Shown here: in pieces, positions 17,244-26,856 of the stretch
Position numbering within the stretch: the stretch's first letter is position 1
Layout: each line of letters starts with the position of its first letter
Assembly (NCBI GenBank): GCA_039815375.1
Contig: JBCBZJ010000010.1
Coordinates: 1 to 64,000 of the forward strand
DNA: 64,000 nucleotides
Direction: 5' to 3'
Source of the DNA: Verrucomicrobiota bacterium
GTDB taxonomy: Bacteria > Verrucomicrobiota > Verrucomicrobiia > Opitutales > Coraliomargaritaceae
Translations under genes and position numbers: made by a program
The notes under the pieces: generated by a model
Told to the model about the DNA's origin: nothing
Databases searched by the model: none
The model's input: the letters and a program-made list of their open reading frames with translations, nothing else

Positions 17244-17744
17244 TGCGCAATCACACTTCGTGAGACCCATCTCCAGTCCCTTTCGCTCCTTCCGTCGGAC
17301 ACGCATTCATTTATCGCTTAACCCGTTGTATTAAGAGTTTTCTTGGCGCAAATGTGTAGCTCTTCAGGCGCCCTCGTTTCCATTTTCCCGATAATAGTAA
17401 TTTAGCAGCCCTCCGAGCCGTTCAAATTCGAGGATCCAGCGCATTGGATTCCCCTAGGCCAAATCTTTGCTCGTGTGCCATCACGCGCTCTTCAATTCTG
17501 AGTATAAAAGCAACTACTCCTGGCCCGAGATCTCACCGAAGCAGGGTATAATACTTAGTGGTGTAAAAAAACCTGAGGGGTCTAATTCAAGGTATAATTA
17601 CTAGTTACAAGATTTTTTTCGGACCTAAATGTAAAAAAAAATTTAATACGGTATATTATCTACTTTCATTATTTTATATAACGTATTTCTCGGGCAAACT
17701 AGTCCGTAAAGACTAGTGAGTGAACCCCGAGTAAAAACCAAGCC

Positions 17745-18437
17745 ATGCAACGAATAAGTCTATTCCAGACAAGTAGAGATACATTTCTGGCAACCTGTAC
17801 TTCGCGTCAGAAAGCAGCATTAGCTCAGTTTTTTAGTATGCCCAATGTTCATTATCTCGCGATATTAGAGTCCGCGAACGGCGAAAGGCGTAAGATTGTT
17901 CCAGTCGGCCCCCAGATGGATTATCGGAAACTGTCTGACCTATACGGGCAGATCATAGAAGGTATGAAAATATGTTCTTACGTGGATGCCAGTCAGCCTT
18001 TGCATGAGGCAGCACCCGATGCCACCTTGAAAACGAACACACAAGCCTCGGAAAAAAACAAATCCCGAATAGATGAGCTTGACGCTAACATTAGGAGCCT
18101 CCGAACAAAGATTTACAGTCAGTCGGAAGAGATTCGCCGTTTGAAATCACTCTACGCGACAGAGAAACGGCGCTCAACGATGCAAAATGATCTAGTTGAT
18201 GAACTAAAACGCCAATTAGCCGAAGCCGACAAGGTGGATTCTGGTTCGGCCAACAATGAAGAGCTAGTGAAGCGTGAGAAGCAGATACAGGATTATGAGA
18301 ATGAGATGATCTCTCGCTTAAATGAGTTCATGGAGCGCGAAGCAAAACTCGATCAGCTAGAAGAAAATCTAATCAATCGAGAACGGCGACTTGTTCGGCA
18401 AGAGCATAACCAAAGCAAAATCCAAAGCGTAATATAG
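17745..18437 (+). CDS. Hypothetical protein with long C-terminal coiled coil
   Basis: Heptad-rich E/K/R/L C-terminal half (RIDELDANIRSL...EREAKLDQLEENL). No signal peptide or TM segment. Confidence 0.8.
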   Translation: MQRISLFQTSRDTFLATCTSRQKAALAQFFSMPNVHYLAILESANGERRKIVPVGPQMDYRKLSDLYGQIIEGMKICSYVDASQPLHEAAPDATLKTNTQASEKNKSRIDELDANIRSLRTKIYSQSEEIRRLKSLYATEKRRSTMQNDLVDELKRQLAEADKVDSGSANNEELVKREKQIQDYENEMISRLNEFMEREAKLDQLEENLINRERRLVRQEHNQSKIQSVI

Positions 18438-18466
18438 CCAATTTCCGAATGTAAATCCAAAAAATA

Positions 18467-18826
18467 ATGACTAACACGAATAACACCCCCGGCAACGAAA
18501 GTCCCGAGACGGATCTACCTGATGGTATGTATGGATACGTTTCGACTGATGACTCCGGTGCAATCATCGAAAAGAAGGGCAAAATAGTCCGTTCTTTTGA
18601 CGAATATGTCGCCTACTTCAACCAGCTCTCTGACCTCGCAGCAGATAGTCTGGGTTTTGACCGCGCAGAAGAGATGCTACTCTTGGGCGCAAGACATAAT
18701 GCGATTTGCTTCGCGGCTGATGGAATTCACTACGGAGCGGTTTTCAAGATCAAGGCGGACCGCAATGCGATCACAGAATATTTGAGAGAGAAAGGAGAGA
18801 GCGATGAGTTTGGAGCAGATTTTTAG
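18467..18826 (+). CDS. Roadblock/LC7-like small protein
   Basis: 119 aa; GMYGYVSTDDSGAII beta-hairpin, a helix ending SLGF, then three short strands and a final helix, which fits the Roadblock topology. Confidence 0.55.
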   Translation: MTNTNNTPGNESPETDLPDGMYGYVSTDDSGAIIEKKGKIVRSFDEYVAYFNQLSDLAADSLGFDRAEEMLLLGARHNAICFAADGIHYGAVFKIKADRNAITEYLREKGESDEFGADF

Positions 18827-19346
18827 ATCCTGCCTCGATTTGCCAGGTGTAAGAGGTGCCTTTTGCTTAACATCCAACGGCGAACTGGTGGAGAACTTTA
18901 TGCCACAACAGTATACGGACCCTCTCCTAGCCGGACTGGGCGAGCGCCTATCCGCACTATGTGGTGCTGTAGACATGAGCTACAGTCCTACTAATGAGTT
19001 TTTAATAAGTTTCGAGAGCAACGCGCTCTACCTGCGCAAGAATGAAGATGGAATCATCGGCTTTTTCACTGACTCAAACCCTCATCTCGCAGGCCTCAGA
19101 GTTTCTTCCAATCTTCTACTTAAGCAGATTAAGCCCAGCATGATGGTTGCGAAGCAAATTGATGTTATTCCTGCACCGCCTCCTCCAGCTGCGCAGGTTC
19201 CAGAGGAAGAAGATGATCTTCTGCTAAAACCGGCTAACCAAGAGATGCCTAAGCCCGGAGTGCCTTCCAAGCTCGAACAAAAGCAGGGTCTATTTGGGAG
19301 CCGTAAATCCAAGAAAAAGCCCACCGTTAGTGATATCTGGGGCTAA
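18804..19346 (+). CDS. Roadblock/LC7 (MglB-like) protein with Pro-rich tail
   Basis: LDLPGVRGAFCLTSNGELV...EFLISFE..ALYLRK...GLRVSSNLL is the MglB/Roadblock pattern. The tail has PAPPPPAA and ends IWG. An SD AAAGGAG lies upstream. Confidence 0.75.
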   Translation: MSLEQIFRSCLDLPGVRGAFCLTSNGELVENFMPQQYTDPLLAGLGERLSALCGAVDMSYSPTNEFLISFESNALYLRKNEDGIIGFFTDSNPHLAGLRVSSNLLLKQIKPSMMVAKQIDVIPAPPPPAAQVPEEEDDLLLKPANQEMPKPGVPSKLEQKQGLFGSRKSKKKPTVSDIWG

Positions 19347-19394
19347 TACCGCTCCAGAATAAATAATAACTGAAATAAGCATAACCCAAATCAC

Positions 19395-20123
19395 ATGATC
19401 GAAACGGAATCCCTAATTCAACTCCTCGTGAATGCGTCTTTCATTCTTGCCTTTATGGCAATGGCTGGCGGCTCGATATTCTTTTTTATGATGCGCGATT
19501 CGGTAGTCCCACGCTATCGAAGTGCAATGATTGTCTCTGGAGTAATCCTCTTCATTGCCGCTCTGAATTACTACTATATGAAAGGCTGGTATCTCGAAGC
19601 CGTCAATCAAGGTCTCGACTCCGTGCCGACTGCCTATCGTTATATTGACTGGCTGCTGACTACGCCATTAATGCTGATCAAGTTTCCTCTCCTTCTTGGA
19701 CTGGGCGGTCGCGGCGTCAGCTTTATGATAAAGCTCATCGTGCTCGACATCATTATGATCGTGGCAGGTTTCTTTGGTGAGCTCTTCATCGCGGACCAAG
19801 CTTTACACTTCGGCCTCTTCGGACTTGGCGCATTATGCTGGGTTGCCATCCTTTACCTACTTTTAACTGCAACCTCCTCACTCCCGGAACGCTTTCCAGA
19901 AGTAGTCCGTAAATCGATCCGTGTAATGGTGATGTTTGTGCTGATCGGTTGGTCTATCTATCCTCTTGGCTATGTGCTACCCTCATTTGGCCTACCAATT
20001 GATATTCGCGAGCTCGTTTATAACATTGGCGATATCATCAACAAAGTCGGCCTCGCAGTCGTTGTCTACATCGGAGCAGCTGCGATGACAAAGCAGGAAA
20101 TGGAATTCGAATCTCAAGCGTAG
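19395..20123 (+). CDS. Microbial (type-1) rhodopsin, Exiguobacterium sibiricum rhodopsin (ESR)-like DTK type
   Basis: Seven TM helices; helix C RYIDWLLTTPLMLIKFPLLLGL (D85/T89/K96 in BR numbering); helix F GWSIYP; helix G DIINKVG with the retinal-binding Lys. Confidence 0.96.
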   Translation: MIETESLIQLLVNASFILAFMAMAGGSIFFFMMRDSVVPRYRSAMIVSGVILFIAALNYYYMKGWYLEAVNQGLDSVPTAYRYIDWLLTTPLMLIKFPLLLGLGGRGVSFMIKLIVLDIIMIVAGFFGELFIADQALHFGLFGLGALCWVAILYLLLTATSSLPERFPEVVRKSIRVMVMFVLIGWSIYPLGYVLPSFGLPIDIRELVYNIGDIINKVGLAVVVYIGAAAMTKQEMEFESQA

Positions 20124-20193
20124 CTTATCCTGTATAGCTCAGCGCTTATCCTTTGCCAAGTAATACGACCTAGCACCTTCCCCTACTCCTAGC

Positions 20194-21315
20194 ATGCATA
20201 AAACAATTATCATGCTAGGCCTAGGTCTTTCAAACGGTCTGCTTGTTCTTAACCTGCTACGTCGAGGTTATTCGGGAGAGATTTGCATTCTGGAAAGATC
20301 TGCTGTGCCGGATATGTCGAAACGATGGTGTAGCTGGGGAGCCGTGCCCGACACGCTGCAGGACATCGTATCCGCATCCTGGTATTCCTGGTCGGTTCAG
20401 AAAGATCAGGAAAGGCTAATTCGAAATTCTGAAGCTGGTTATCATCAAATTTTGGCCAAGGATTTCTGGCGGCATTTTTTTGATGTCGTCTGCCAGCATT
20501 CCAATATCAAGATTCATTTTAAAACGGATTGCACGGGCTGGCATCACAAACCTGATCGCGTAGTGGCTCGCACAAGCAGAGGTGAATACACTGGTCACTT
20601 AATCATTGATTCGAGGCCTCTCAAGATGCGCAACTCGAGCTACCAGCAACAATTCGTTGGCTACCATATCGAAACGACGAAACCCAGCTTCGACCCCAAG
20701 GTCGTTCATCTGATGCATTTTGAAAAGATGCAGAGACGCGAAATAGCGTTTACCTATGTTCTTCCTTACGGGGAACGATCAGCTCTAGTCGAATCAACAC
20801 TATTCCGAACCGGTGCATTTAATCGACACGACATAGAGTCCAAATTAAGGAAAGCTCTTAAAGAACAGTTTGGGTTAAATGAAAACAACTCAAATGTAAT
20901 TGGTATTGAGGAAGGATGCCTACCAATGAGCATCCCCCCTCAAAGACCAACTTGTACGCGAAGATACTGGCCGATCGGCATTCGTAGTGGAGCCCTTCGA
21001 CATTCAAGCGGTTATGGATTGAATGCCTTTGACCGACAAAGTGCACACTACGCCAACACGATTTTGCAGAAAAAGAGCAAACCGATCGTGGTACTTCGAG
21101 AGCAATTGATACGCATCTTAGACCTTTGTTTCGCCCGCGTTCTGGAAAAGGACCCAAAGCTTGGTAGAGAGTGTCTCTTTCGAGCTGTGGGAAGAATGAA
21201 CCAGCCTGAGTTCTGCCGCTTAATGAGAGGTGATTTCCATTTAAGAACAGCTTGGCAGGCAATCCATGCGATGCCGAAGAAAAGCTTTCTAAAAACCTTG
21301 ATTTTCGCAGGATAG
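20194..21315 (+). CDS. crtY: Lycopene beta-cyclase
   Basis: Dinucleotide-binding GLGLSNG, IIDSR, FTYVLP...ALVEST, EEGCLPM, SSGYG; gene context supports the call. Confidence 0.85.
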   Translation: MHKTIIMLGLGLSNGLLVLNLLRRGYSGEICILERSAVPDMSKRWCSWGAVPDTLQDIVSASWYSWSVQKDQERLIRNSEAGYHQILAKDFWRHFFDVVCQHSNIKIHFKTDCTGWHHKPDRVVARTSRGEYTGHLIIDSRPLKMRNSSYQQQFVGYHIETTKPSFDPKVVHLMHFEKMQRREIAFTYVLPYGERSALVESTLFRTGAFNRHDIESKLRKALKEQFGLNENNSNVIGIEEGCLPMSIPPQRPTCTRRYWPIGIRSGALRHSSGYGLNAFDRQSAHYANTILQKKSKPIVVLREQLIRILDLCFARVLEKDPKLGRECLFRAVGRMNQPEFCRLMRGDFHLRTAWQAIHAMPKKSFLKTLIFAG

Positions 21316-22412
21316 TGAAAGCGATTACAAGGCGTGAGGTCTCTCTGGATTTGGCCCTACCTTGGGTTGGGATGCTTTGTTGCCTTTTGTGTTCTTTTCT
21401 TGTGTTCCCAGCAGCAAAAGCAGCACTTATTCTCTGGGTCCTAGGCTTGGTTGTACTGGGCCTGCCGCACGGTGCGGCAGATTGGCTCCTGTTTCGAGAT
21501 GTGTTCACTGACCGCAATGCATTCAGTAATACTAAATTTGTTTTAGCCTACCTTGCTTTAGCATTTGTCTATGCGGCTCTCTGGTTATGGCAGCCAGCAA
21601 TGTCTTGTTTTTTATTCGTAGTGATTACCGCGTGGCATTGGGGAAGTGCGGATTCGTATGGACTTATTGATCATTGTGGGGCCTGGATCTGCGCTTCCTT
21701 CAGTCGTGGTGCGATCGTAATGCTTGCGCCGCTCGTCTTTCACAGGGAAGCCTCTTTACAATTCTTGGAATCACTGGCCTCGGTGATTGGCGCTGTAAGC
21801 CTCCCTGAAATAAATCGCAGTGTAGCCGCTCTTGGGCTTTGTCTCTCTTGGAGCATTTCTGTCGCCATCAACATTGTAATGTATTACCGATCTAGGAAGA
21901 AACGAAGTGAGTTTTTCCAAGCACTAGAGAGCACGGTACTAATCGTCTTCTTTTTCTGTATTGAGCCGCTTCTCGCGATAGGCATCTACTTCCTCGTTTT
22001 TCACTCGCTTCGCCATAGCCTTCGGTTAAGTCGAGAACTGGAATCTTTTCGTTCTGCGCAGCCAAATCAGTCTTTCTTAAAGCGGTTTTTGTCGATTCAG
22101 CTAAAGGCATTTTGCTGCGTCGTGCCCGTACTTCTATTCATCGCGATTTGGTTCTGGCTTTCACCAATCAAAGAGCAGAGATGGGATATCGCCCTATCGC
22201 GCTATCTATTTGTCATTGCAGCGTTGACTCTACCACACGCCTTACTGGTGCTAAAAGCAGACCTACAAACTATGCGCTCGCGGCAACTTCACCGCAGCAA
22301 GGCAATCCACCGAGAGGATCGTGCAACCTCTGGTCATGCATTTGCTTATGCAAAGGTCGCGCAAACAAAGCCTGAGTGCCAACCAACATCGAGCGCAATC
22401 GACTCGGCTTAA
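21315..22412 (+). CDS. blh: Beta-carotene 15,15'-dioxygenase (Brp/Blh)
   Basis: GLPHGAAD, AWHWG, YFLVFHSLRH, ALTLPH. The GTG start at 21315 overlaps the crtY stop (TAGTG). Confidence 0.93.
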   Translation: MKAITRREVSLDLALPWVGMLCCLLCSFLVFPAAKAALILWVLGLVVLGLPHGAADWLLFRDVFTDRNAFSNTKFVLAYLALAFVYAALWLWQPAMSCFLFVVITAWHWGSADSYGLIDHCGAWICASFSRGAIVMLAPLVFHREASLQFLESLASVIGAVSLPEINRSVAALGLCLSWSISVAINIVMYYRSRKKRSEFFQALESTVLIVFFFCIEPLLAIGIYFLVFHSLRHSLRLSRELESFRSAQPNQSFLKRFLSIQLKAFCCVVPVLLFIAIWFWLSPIKEQRWDIALSRYLFVIAALTLPHALLVLKADLQTMRSRQLHRSKAIHREDRATSGHAFAYAKVAQTKPECQPTSSAIDSA

Positions 22413-23178
22413 CCTTTCGTTCCCAAATCTGACGTGGATCGCGAGCCACTTCACAGCCAATCTCACGATAAAATGCAGCAGCCAATTGAATAGGTATACG
22501 CTGACGAACGGGAATATATCGAAAGCCAGCACGCGCACTCTGATAGTAGATTTCCGCAAGAGCGATGATCCGTTTGATAGCTTTTTCCATTTGTATGGCC
22601 AATGTATCTGGGAAATCGATCAAAGCATCAGGTTGTAAGTCTGTATCAAACCATTCCTGAGGTAGATAGGTACGCCCCAGTGCAGCATCCTCCGCCACGT
22701 CTCTCGCAACGTTGCTCAACTGCATCGCGATTCCAAGATCAATAGCATGGGCATGTGCCCTAGGGTCTGTCGCACCAAGCACAGGACACATCAAAAGGCC
22801 AACGACTCCGGCAACACCATAGGCAAAACGTATCAGTTCAGCCTCACTCTGCAGACAGCGTGCTTCGGAGTCCTTTTGAAGCGATTCATACAAATGAATG
22901 GCTGCGTCGATGGGTATGTTGTAGTTCAAAGCCACATCGAAAAAATTCTGAACGCACGGAATACAGGAATGACCAGCTCGCAAGTCATTAATCGCTTGGT
23001 CAAGTGCAGCGGCACCGCCTTCATTTGGTGTATCATCTGCCCAGTCATCACCCTGTCGGCAAAAGGCGTAAATCGTAGCTATTGCATTGCGTTCTGCCTC
23101 TGGAAATATGCGCAATGGCCAGTAGAAGCTTTGGCTCTTACGCTTAACGATGCGAATATCACTCGGCGCTTGTGTCAT
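22270..23178 (-). CDS. crtB: Phytoene synthase
   Basis: SQSFYW, YAFCRQGDDWADD, YGVAGVVG, LGIAMQLSNVARDVAED..LGRTYLP. Confidence 0.95.
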   Translation of the reverse strand: MTQAPSDIRIVKRKSQSFYWPLRIFPEAERNAIATIYAFCRQGDDWADDTPNEGGAAALDQAINDLRAGHSCIPCVQNFFDVALNYNIPIDAAIHLYESLQKDSEARCLQSEAELIRFAYGVAGVVGLLMCPVLGATDPRAHAHAIDLGIAMQLSNVARDVAEDAALGRTYLPQEWFDTDLQPDALIDFPDTLAIQMEKAIKRIIALAEIYYQSARAGFRYIPVRQRIPIQLAAAFYREIGCEVARDPRQIWERKVKPSRLRSMLVGTQALFARPLHKQMHDQRLHDPLGGLPCCGEVAASA

Positions 23179-24653
23179 GCCGCGGGAATAAGATGTTCCA
23201 GCACTCTCGCAGAATTAATAACACCAGGCATGCCGGCGCCCGGATGCGTGCCAGCCCCAACTAAATATAGATTAGCGAGGTGGGACCTGTTGCGAAAGCG
23301 AAACCAAGCCGATTGAGTTAAGTTCGGGCTGATCGAAAAACCAGCGCCATGCATCGAACAAAAACGTTCCTTAAAGTGGATCGGATCGGTATAAAAACTC
23401 TGTGTCAGATGCTGGCTCAACTCAGGAAGCATCCTTTGTTCAAGCGTCTGCAGAACCCTGGCCTCAAAGGACGAACCGATTTCGTCCCAATTCTTTTGCT
23501 TCGCTATCTTCAGATTGGGAACAGGTGCCAGAGCATAATACAGCTCCTCAGACGGGTCGGTATGAATGTCATGCTGTGTCGCTACAGGACGGTGCAGATA
23601 AATGTTCGGCGTTTGGGCAAGTTCTCCACGGCGCGTCAGTTGCTTCAGCGCATCGGTGTAGTTCTCCTGAAGGAGAATTGTATGGTGTGCGACATCAGGA
23701 TAGTTGTGCTTTACGGCGAAGAATTGGACAAAGAGCCCGAAAGAAAAGCGACGAGCAGATAGCCGATTTTGCAAGCTGGCTGGCAGCGATGAAGGTAACA
23801 TTTTTTCGTAAAGCCATGATGGATCTAGGTTACTGACAAAGAGATCACCTTCGACAAGCCGTCCGTTTTCCAGAACCACGCGTGCCACCTTTCCATTGTC
23901 TGTTTCGACTCGAGAAACCGTTTGATTTCTCTGGATGTCGACACCATGTCGAACAAGAAGCGCTTCAAGAGCGGCAACAAGTGCACCCGTCCCTCCCTTC
24001 GCAAACCAGACACCCCACTTCTGTTCGAGGGCATGGATCAATCCATAAATCGCAGGTGTTTCCAAAGGGCTACCGCCCACGAGGAGTGAAGGCGTGCTAA
24101 AGACTTGCCTAAGCTTTTCGCTTTTGAAGAAGCGCTTCGTCAGACCGTAAAGACTGAGGAACGAACGAGTCTTCAACAAATACGGCAATTGACGAAACAT
24201 GTCAGAAAGTCGAAGGAATGCCGCATCACCCAGTTCTTCATAGCCTCGAGAAAACAAAGCCGCAGACATTTTGCGAAACCGCATATAATTGGGAAGCTCT
24301 CCAGGAGCTACGCGTTCGATTTCAGCATAAAGCGCTTCGCCCGTGCTATAATCAAAATGATCACCGTCTGGAAATTCATACCGATACCAGGGATCAACAG
24401 GAAGCAGCGTCACATGATCTTCCATGGACTCGCCGAATAGGCTGAAAAGTTCGGCAAACAAGTACGGTGCCGTAACTACAGTCGGCCCCGCATCATAGAT
24501 GCGACCATCGCGGTTAAAAGTGTGAGCCCGCCCGCCTAGCTCAGCATTACGTTCGATAATCGTGGTCTGATAACCCTTTGCCTGAAGTCGCGCAGCCGCT
24601 GCAAGTCCTCCAAGGCCGGCACCAAGGACCACTGCTTTACTGGAACGTTTCAT
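23175..24653 (-). CDS. crtI: Phytoene desaturase
   Basis: GAGLGGLAAAARL, DAGPTVVT, LYLVGAGTHPGAGMPGV. Confidence 0.96.
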   Translation of the reverse strand: MKRSSKAVVLGAGLGGLAAAARLQAKGYQTTIIERNAELGGRAHTFNRDGRIYDAGPTVVTAPYLFAELFSLFGESMEDHVTLLPVDPWYRYEFPDGDHFDYSTGEALYAEIERVAPGELPNYMRFRKMSAALFSRGYEELGDAAFLRLSDMFRQLPYLLKTRSFLSLYGLTKRFFKSEKLRQVFSTPSLLVGGSPLETPAIYGLIHALEQKWGVWFAKGGTGALVAALEALLVRHGVDIQRNQTVSRVETDNGKVARVVLENGRLVEGDLFVSNLDPSWLYEKMLPSSLPASLQNRLSARRFSFGLFVQFFAVKHNYPDVAHHTILLQENYTDALKQLTRRGELAQTPNIYLHRPVATQHDIHTDPSEELYYALAPVPNLKIAKQKNWDEIGSSFEARVLQTLEQRMLPELSQHLTQSFYTDPIHFKERFCSMHGAGFSISPNLTQSAWFRFRNRSHLANLYLVGAGTHPGAGMPGVINSARVLEHLIPAA

Positions 24654-25558
24654 CAGATAGCCTGCGTCTGATGAAACGCAGAAGGCATCTGTAAAAGCGC
24701 TTTAGCTGCCGTATTCAAGATACCATGATACTCTGGAGGCATTTGATTCAGGGACGCCCCAAAATCCGTCTTTGCCTGTTCGATAAGATCCAAGCACTTC
24801 TCACGAATGTCTGACTCACCAGACTCTCCAAACACAAGCGGGACAGTCCATTGCTTATTGCGGTAATCCGAGCTGCCACTCCTCCCCTTTTTCAACCCAA
24901 GCCAATCCAGAAGATCGTCTTTGATCTGATATGCCAGCCCAAGCTGAAGGGCCGCACTATGAGCACTTTGCCGACTGTCTTCATCGTTTGCCAGAATACA
25001 GGCCAACTCAACTGGCAAGGCAATGAGTGCACCGGTTTTTTGGCGCGACCAAGCCAAACAGTCTTCCAGAGAACAAGGCTGGTTAATCGAACGCGACGCT
25101 TGCTCTGCCTGTCCAATGGAAGCAATCGAGATAGTTTGAGCAGTCAATGAAACTGCCCGACAGCGAATCTCTGGATCCGTCTCCATCTCCGCCAATATCG
25201 CAAAAGTCTCTGCGATCAGTGCATCCCCCAGTAGCAGCGATTTATCATGCCCCAGCGCACCGTAGGACGACAGTCGTCCGCGGCGCATTCTGTCTTCGTC
25301 CATCAAGTCGTCGTGTACCAAGCTGGCGTTGTGCAGAAGCTCGACTGCTACGGCCGCCTGAATCACCGGTCTCTTTTCGACGCCCTGACTTGAAGCTAAA
25401 CGTGCCAGTAGCTCGCCGCGAAAGCAGCTACCTCCCGTGACAAATCTTTCGGCTTCCCATGATCGGATTGGAAAATTCCGTAGACGATCCACAAGCGCAT
25501 TCTCAATTTCTATGCGATGGCCCAAGTGGAGCGAAGTACTGTTTTTTTCGTCGGACAA
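24653..25558 (-). CDS. crtE: Geranylgeranyl diphosphate synthase
   Basis: ELLHNASLVHDDLMD...RRG, KTGAL, YQIKDDLLD. Confidence 0.9.
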   Translation of the reverse strand: MSDEKNSTSLHLGHRIEIENALVDRLRNFPIRSWEAERFVTGGSCFRGELLARLASSQGVEKRPVIQAAVAVELLHNASLVHDDLMDEDRMRRGRLSSYGALGHDKSLLLGDALIAETFAILAEMETDPEIRCRAVSLTAQTISIASIGQAEQASRSINQPCSLEDCLAWSRQKTGALIALPVELACILANDEDSRQSAHSAALQLGLAYQIKDDLLDWLGLKKGRSGSSDYRNKQWTVPLVFGESGESDIREKCLDLIEQAKTDFGASLNQMPPEYHGILNTAAKALLQMPSAFHQTQAI

Positions 25559-25905
25559 GTCCTAGGATTTAGACGTATTCAGTGAAAGCAGTTAAATAAA
25601 GTAGACACCTTAATTTTTTTGCAAGTAAGGCTTATTTTCGAGGCAATTTTTACATATTGTTACATAAAGAAGCCGACATCAAGAAATTATAGAATTGAAA
25701 TCTAAAATCAACAGAGAAACCGGATCCTAGCAGAGAGCTCAAATCCTTAGCAGTCCCAGAGCTCAGCTTGTACGATTAACTTATATGTTAACCATGCCTA
25801 AGCGACTGCGTTCCTAATGCGGTATTGATGTTTTAGCGTCATAGGCCACCGACGCTGAGTGCTTCGACGATGCGAGCGGACTAAGCCGCATAGAGTCTTT
25901 GCTGG

Positions 25906-25926
25906 AGTGGCGGAGAGGGAGGGATT
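25906..25926 (-). repeat. 21-bp direct repeat of the tRNA-Ser 3' end (tRNA-linked repeat)
   Basis: AGTGGCGGAGAGGGAGGGATT is identical to 26038-26058. Confidence 0.9.
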
Positions 25927-26039
25927 GCTTCGCCATCTCCGCTTCGCTCCGTCGAACCCTTTGGTTGTCTTTCGCTTCGCGAAATCCAGAGTCTGCTACG
26001 CATCCTCTTTCGAATCCCCCTCGCAACTTGCTCTGCAAG

Positions 26040-26130
<91 letters not shown>

Positions 26131-26255
26131 AGGGAATGGCGCTCAGAAAATTGGCCTCACCAGAGAGGTCAATAGAAAATACGATCTGTTCTAAAGCGGC
26201 AGGCCGTACTTGACGATCCATTGGTGTCTTTCAAGATCGTAAAGTGCTGCATACA

Positions 26256-26798
26256 ATGAAAAACGACTACACCGTTTATATTCTCTGTCTCGCTTGCTGC
26301 GCCCTACCCATCCATGCGCTTACCGCAGAACCTGGTAACTTCTCGATTTCTGATGTCGGAGTCCGAGTTGGCTTTGACGGAGATACGCGCGTCGAACTCA
26401 ATTCCTATGAAGTCAGCTTATCGATTCAGACGCCTTGGTCTCTGCTGGAGAAAGAAGACATTCGCGCAAAGGTTCAGATCGAGTTGGGGGCCGGTGCACT
26501 ACACGGCGAAGACGAGACCGGTTGGTTTGGGCACGTCGGGCCTGCAATAGAAATTGAATTTGGCGACTTCCCGATCTCTTTCTATGCCTCTTCAGGGCCA
26601 GCAGTCTTATCAGTATACGAGTTCGGTACGCTCGATCTGGGTGGAACCTTCCAGTTTATGAGTAGCGGTGGATTTAACGTAAAACTTAGTGAACAGTGGG
26701 CTGCGGCTTACCGTTTTCAACACATCTCGAATGCCGATATCCATGATTCAAACCCCGGTCTGGATTTGCATGCGGTCTCCATAAGCTGGGGCTTCTAA
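26256..26798 (+). CDS. PagL-like lipid A 3-O-deacylase / acyloxyacyl hydrolase (OM beta-barrel)
   Basis: DLGGTFQF, YRFQHISNA...NPGLD, C-terminal F. Confidence 0.85.
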   Translation: MKNDYTVYILCLACCALPIHALTAEPGNFSISDVGVRVGFDGDTRVELNSYEVSLSIQTPWSLLEKEDIRAKVQIELGAGALHGEDETGWFGHVGPAIEIEFGDFPISFYASSGPAVLSVYEFGTLDLGGTFQFMSSGGFNVKLSEQWAAAYRFQHISNADIHDSNPGLDLHAVSISWGF

Positions 26799-26856
26799 AG
26801 TGACGTGCTCGCTTTTGGTCTTTCCTTGCAACAATATCGGGACTCATATCTGAGCA

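Noticed and set aside
13380..25809. Near-identical TGCCTAA(G)GCGACTGC at 13380-13395 and 25795-25809
   Set aside because: A 15-nt match with an indel can arise by chance in 64 kb; no other support as an element boundary.
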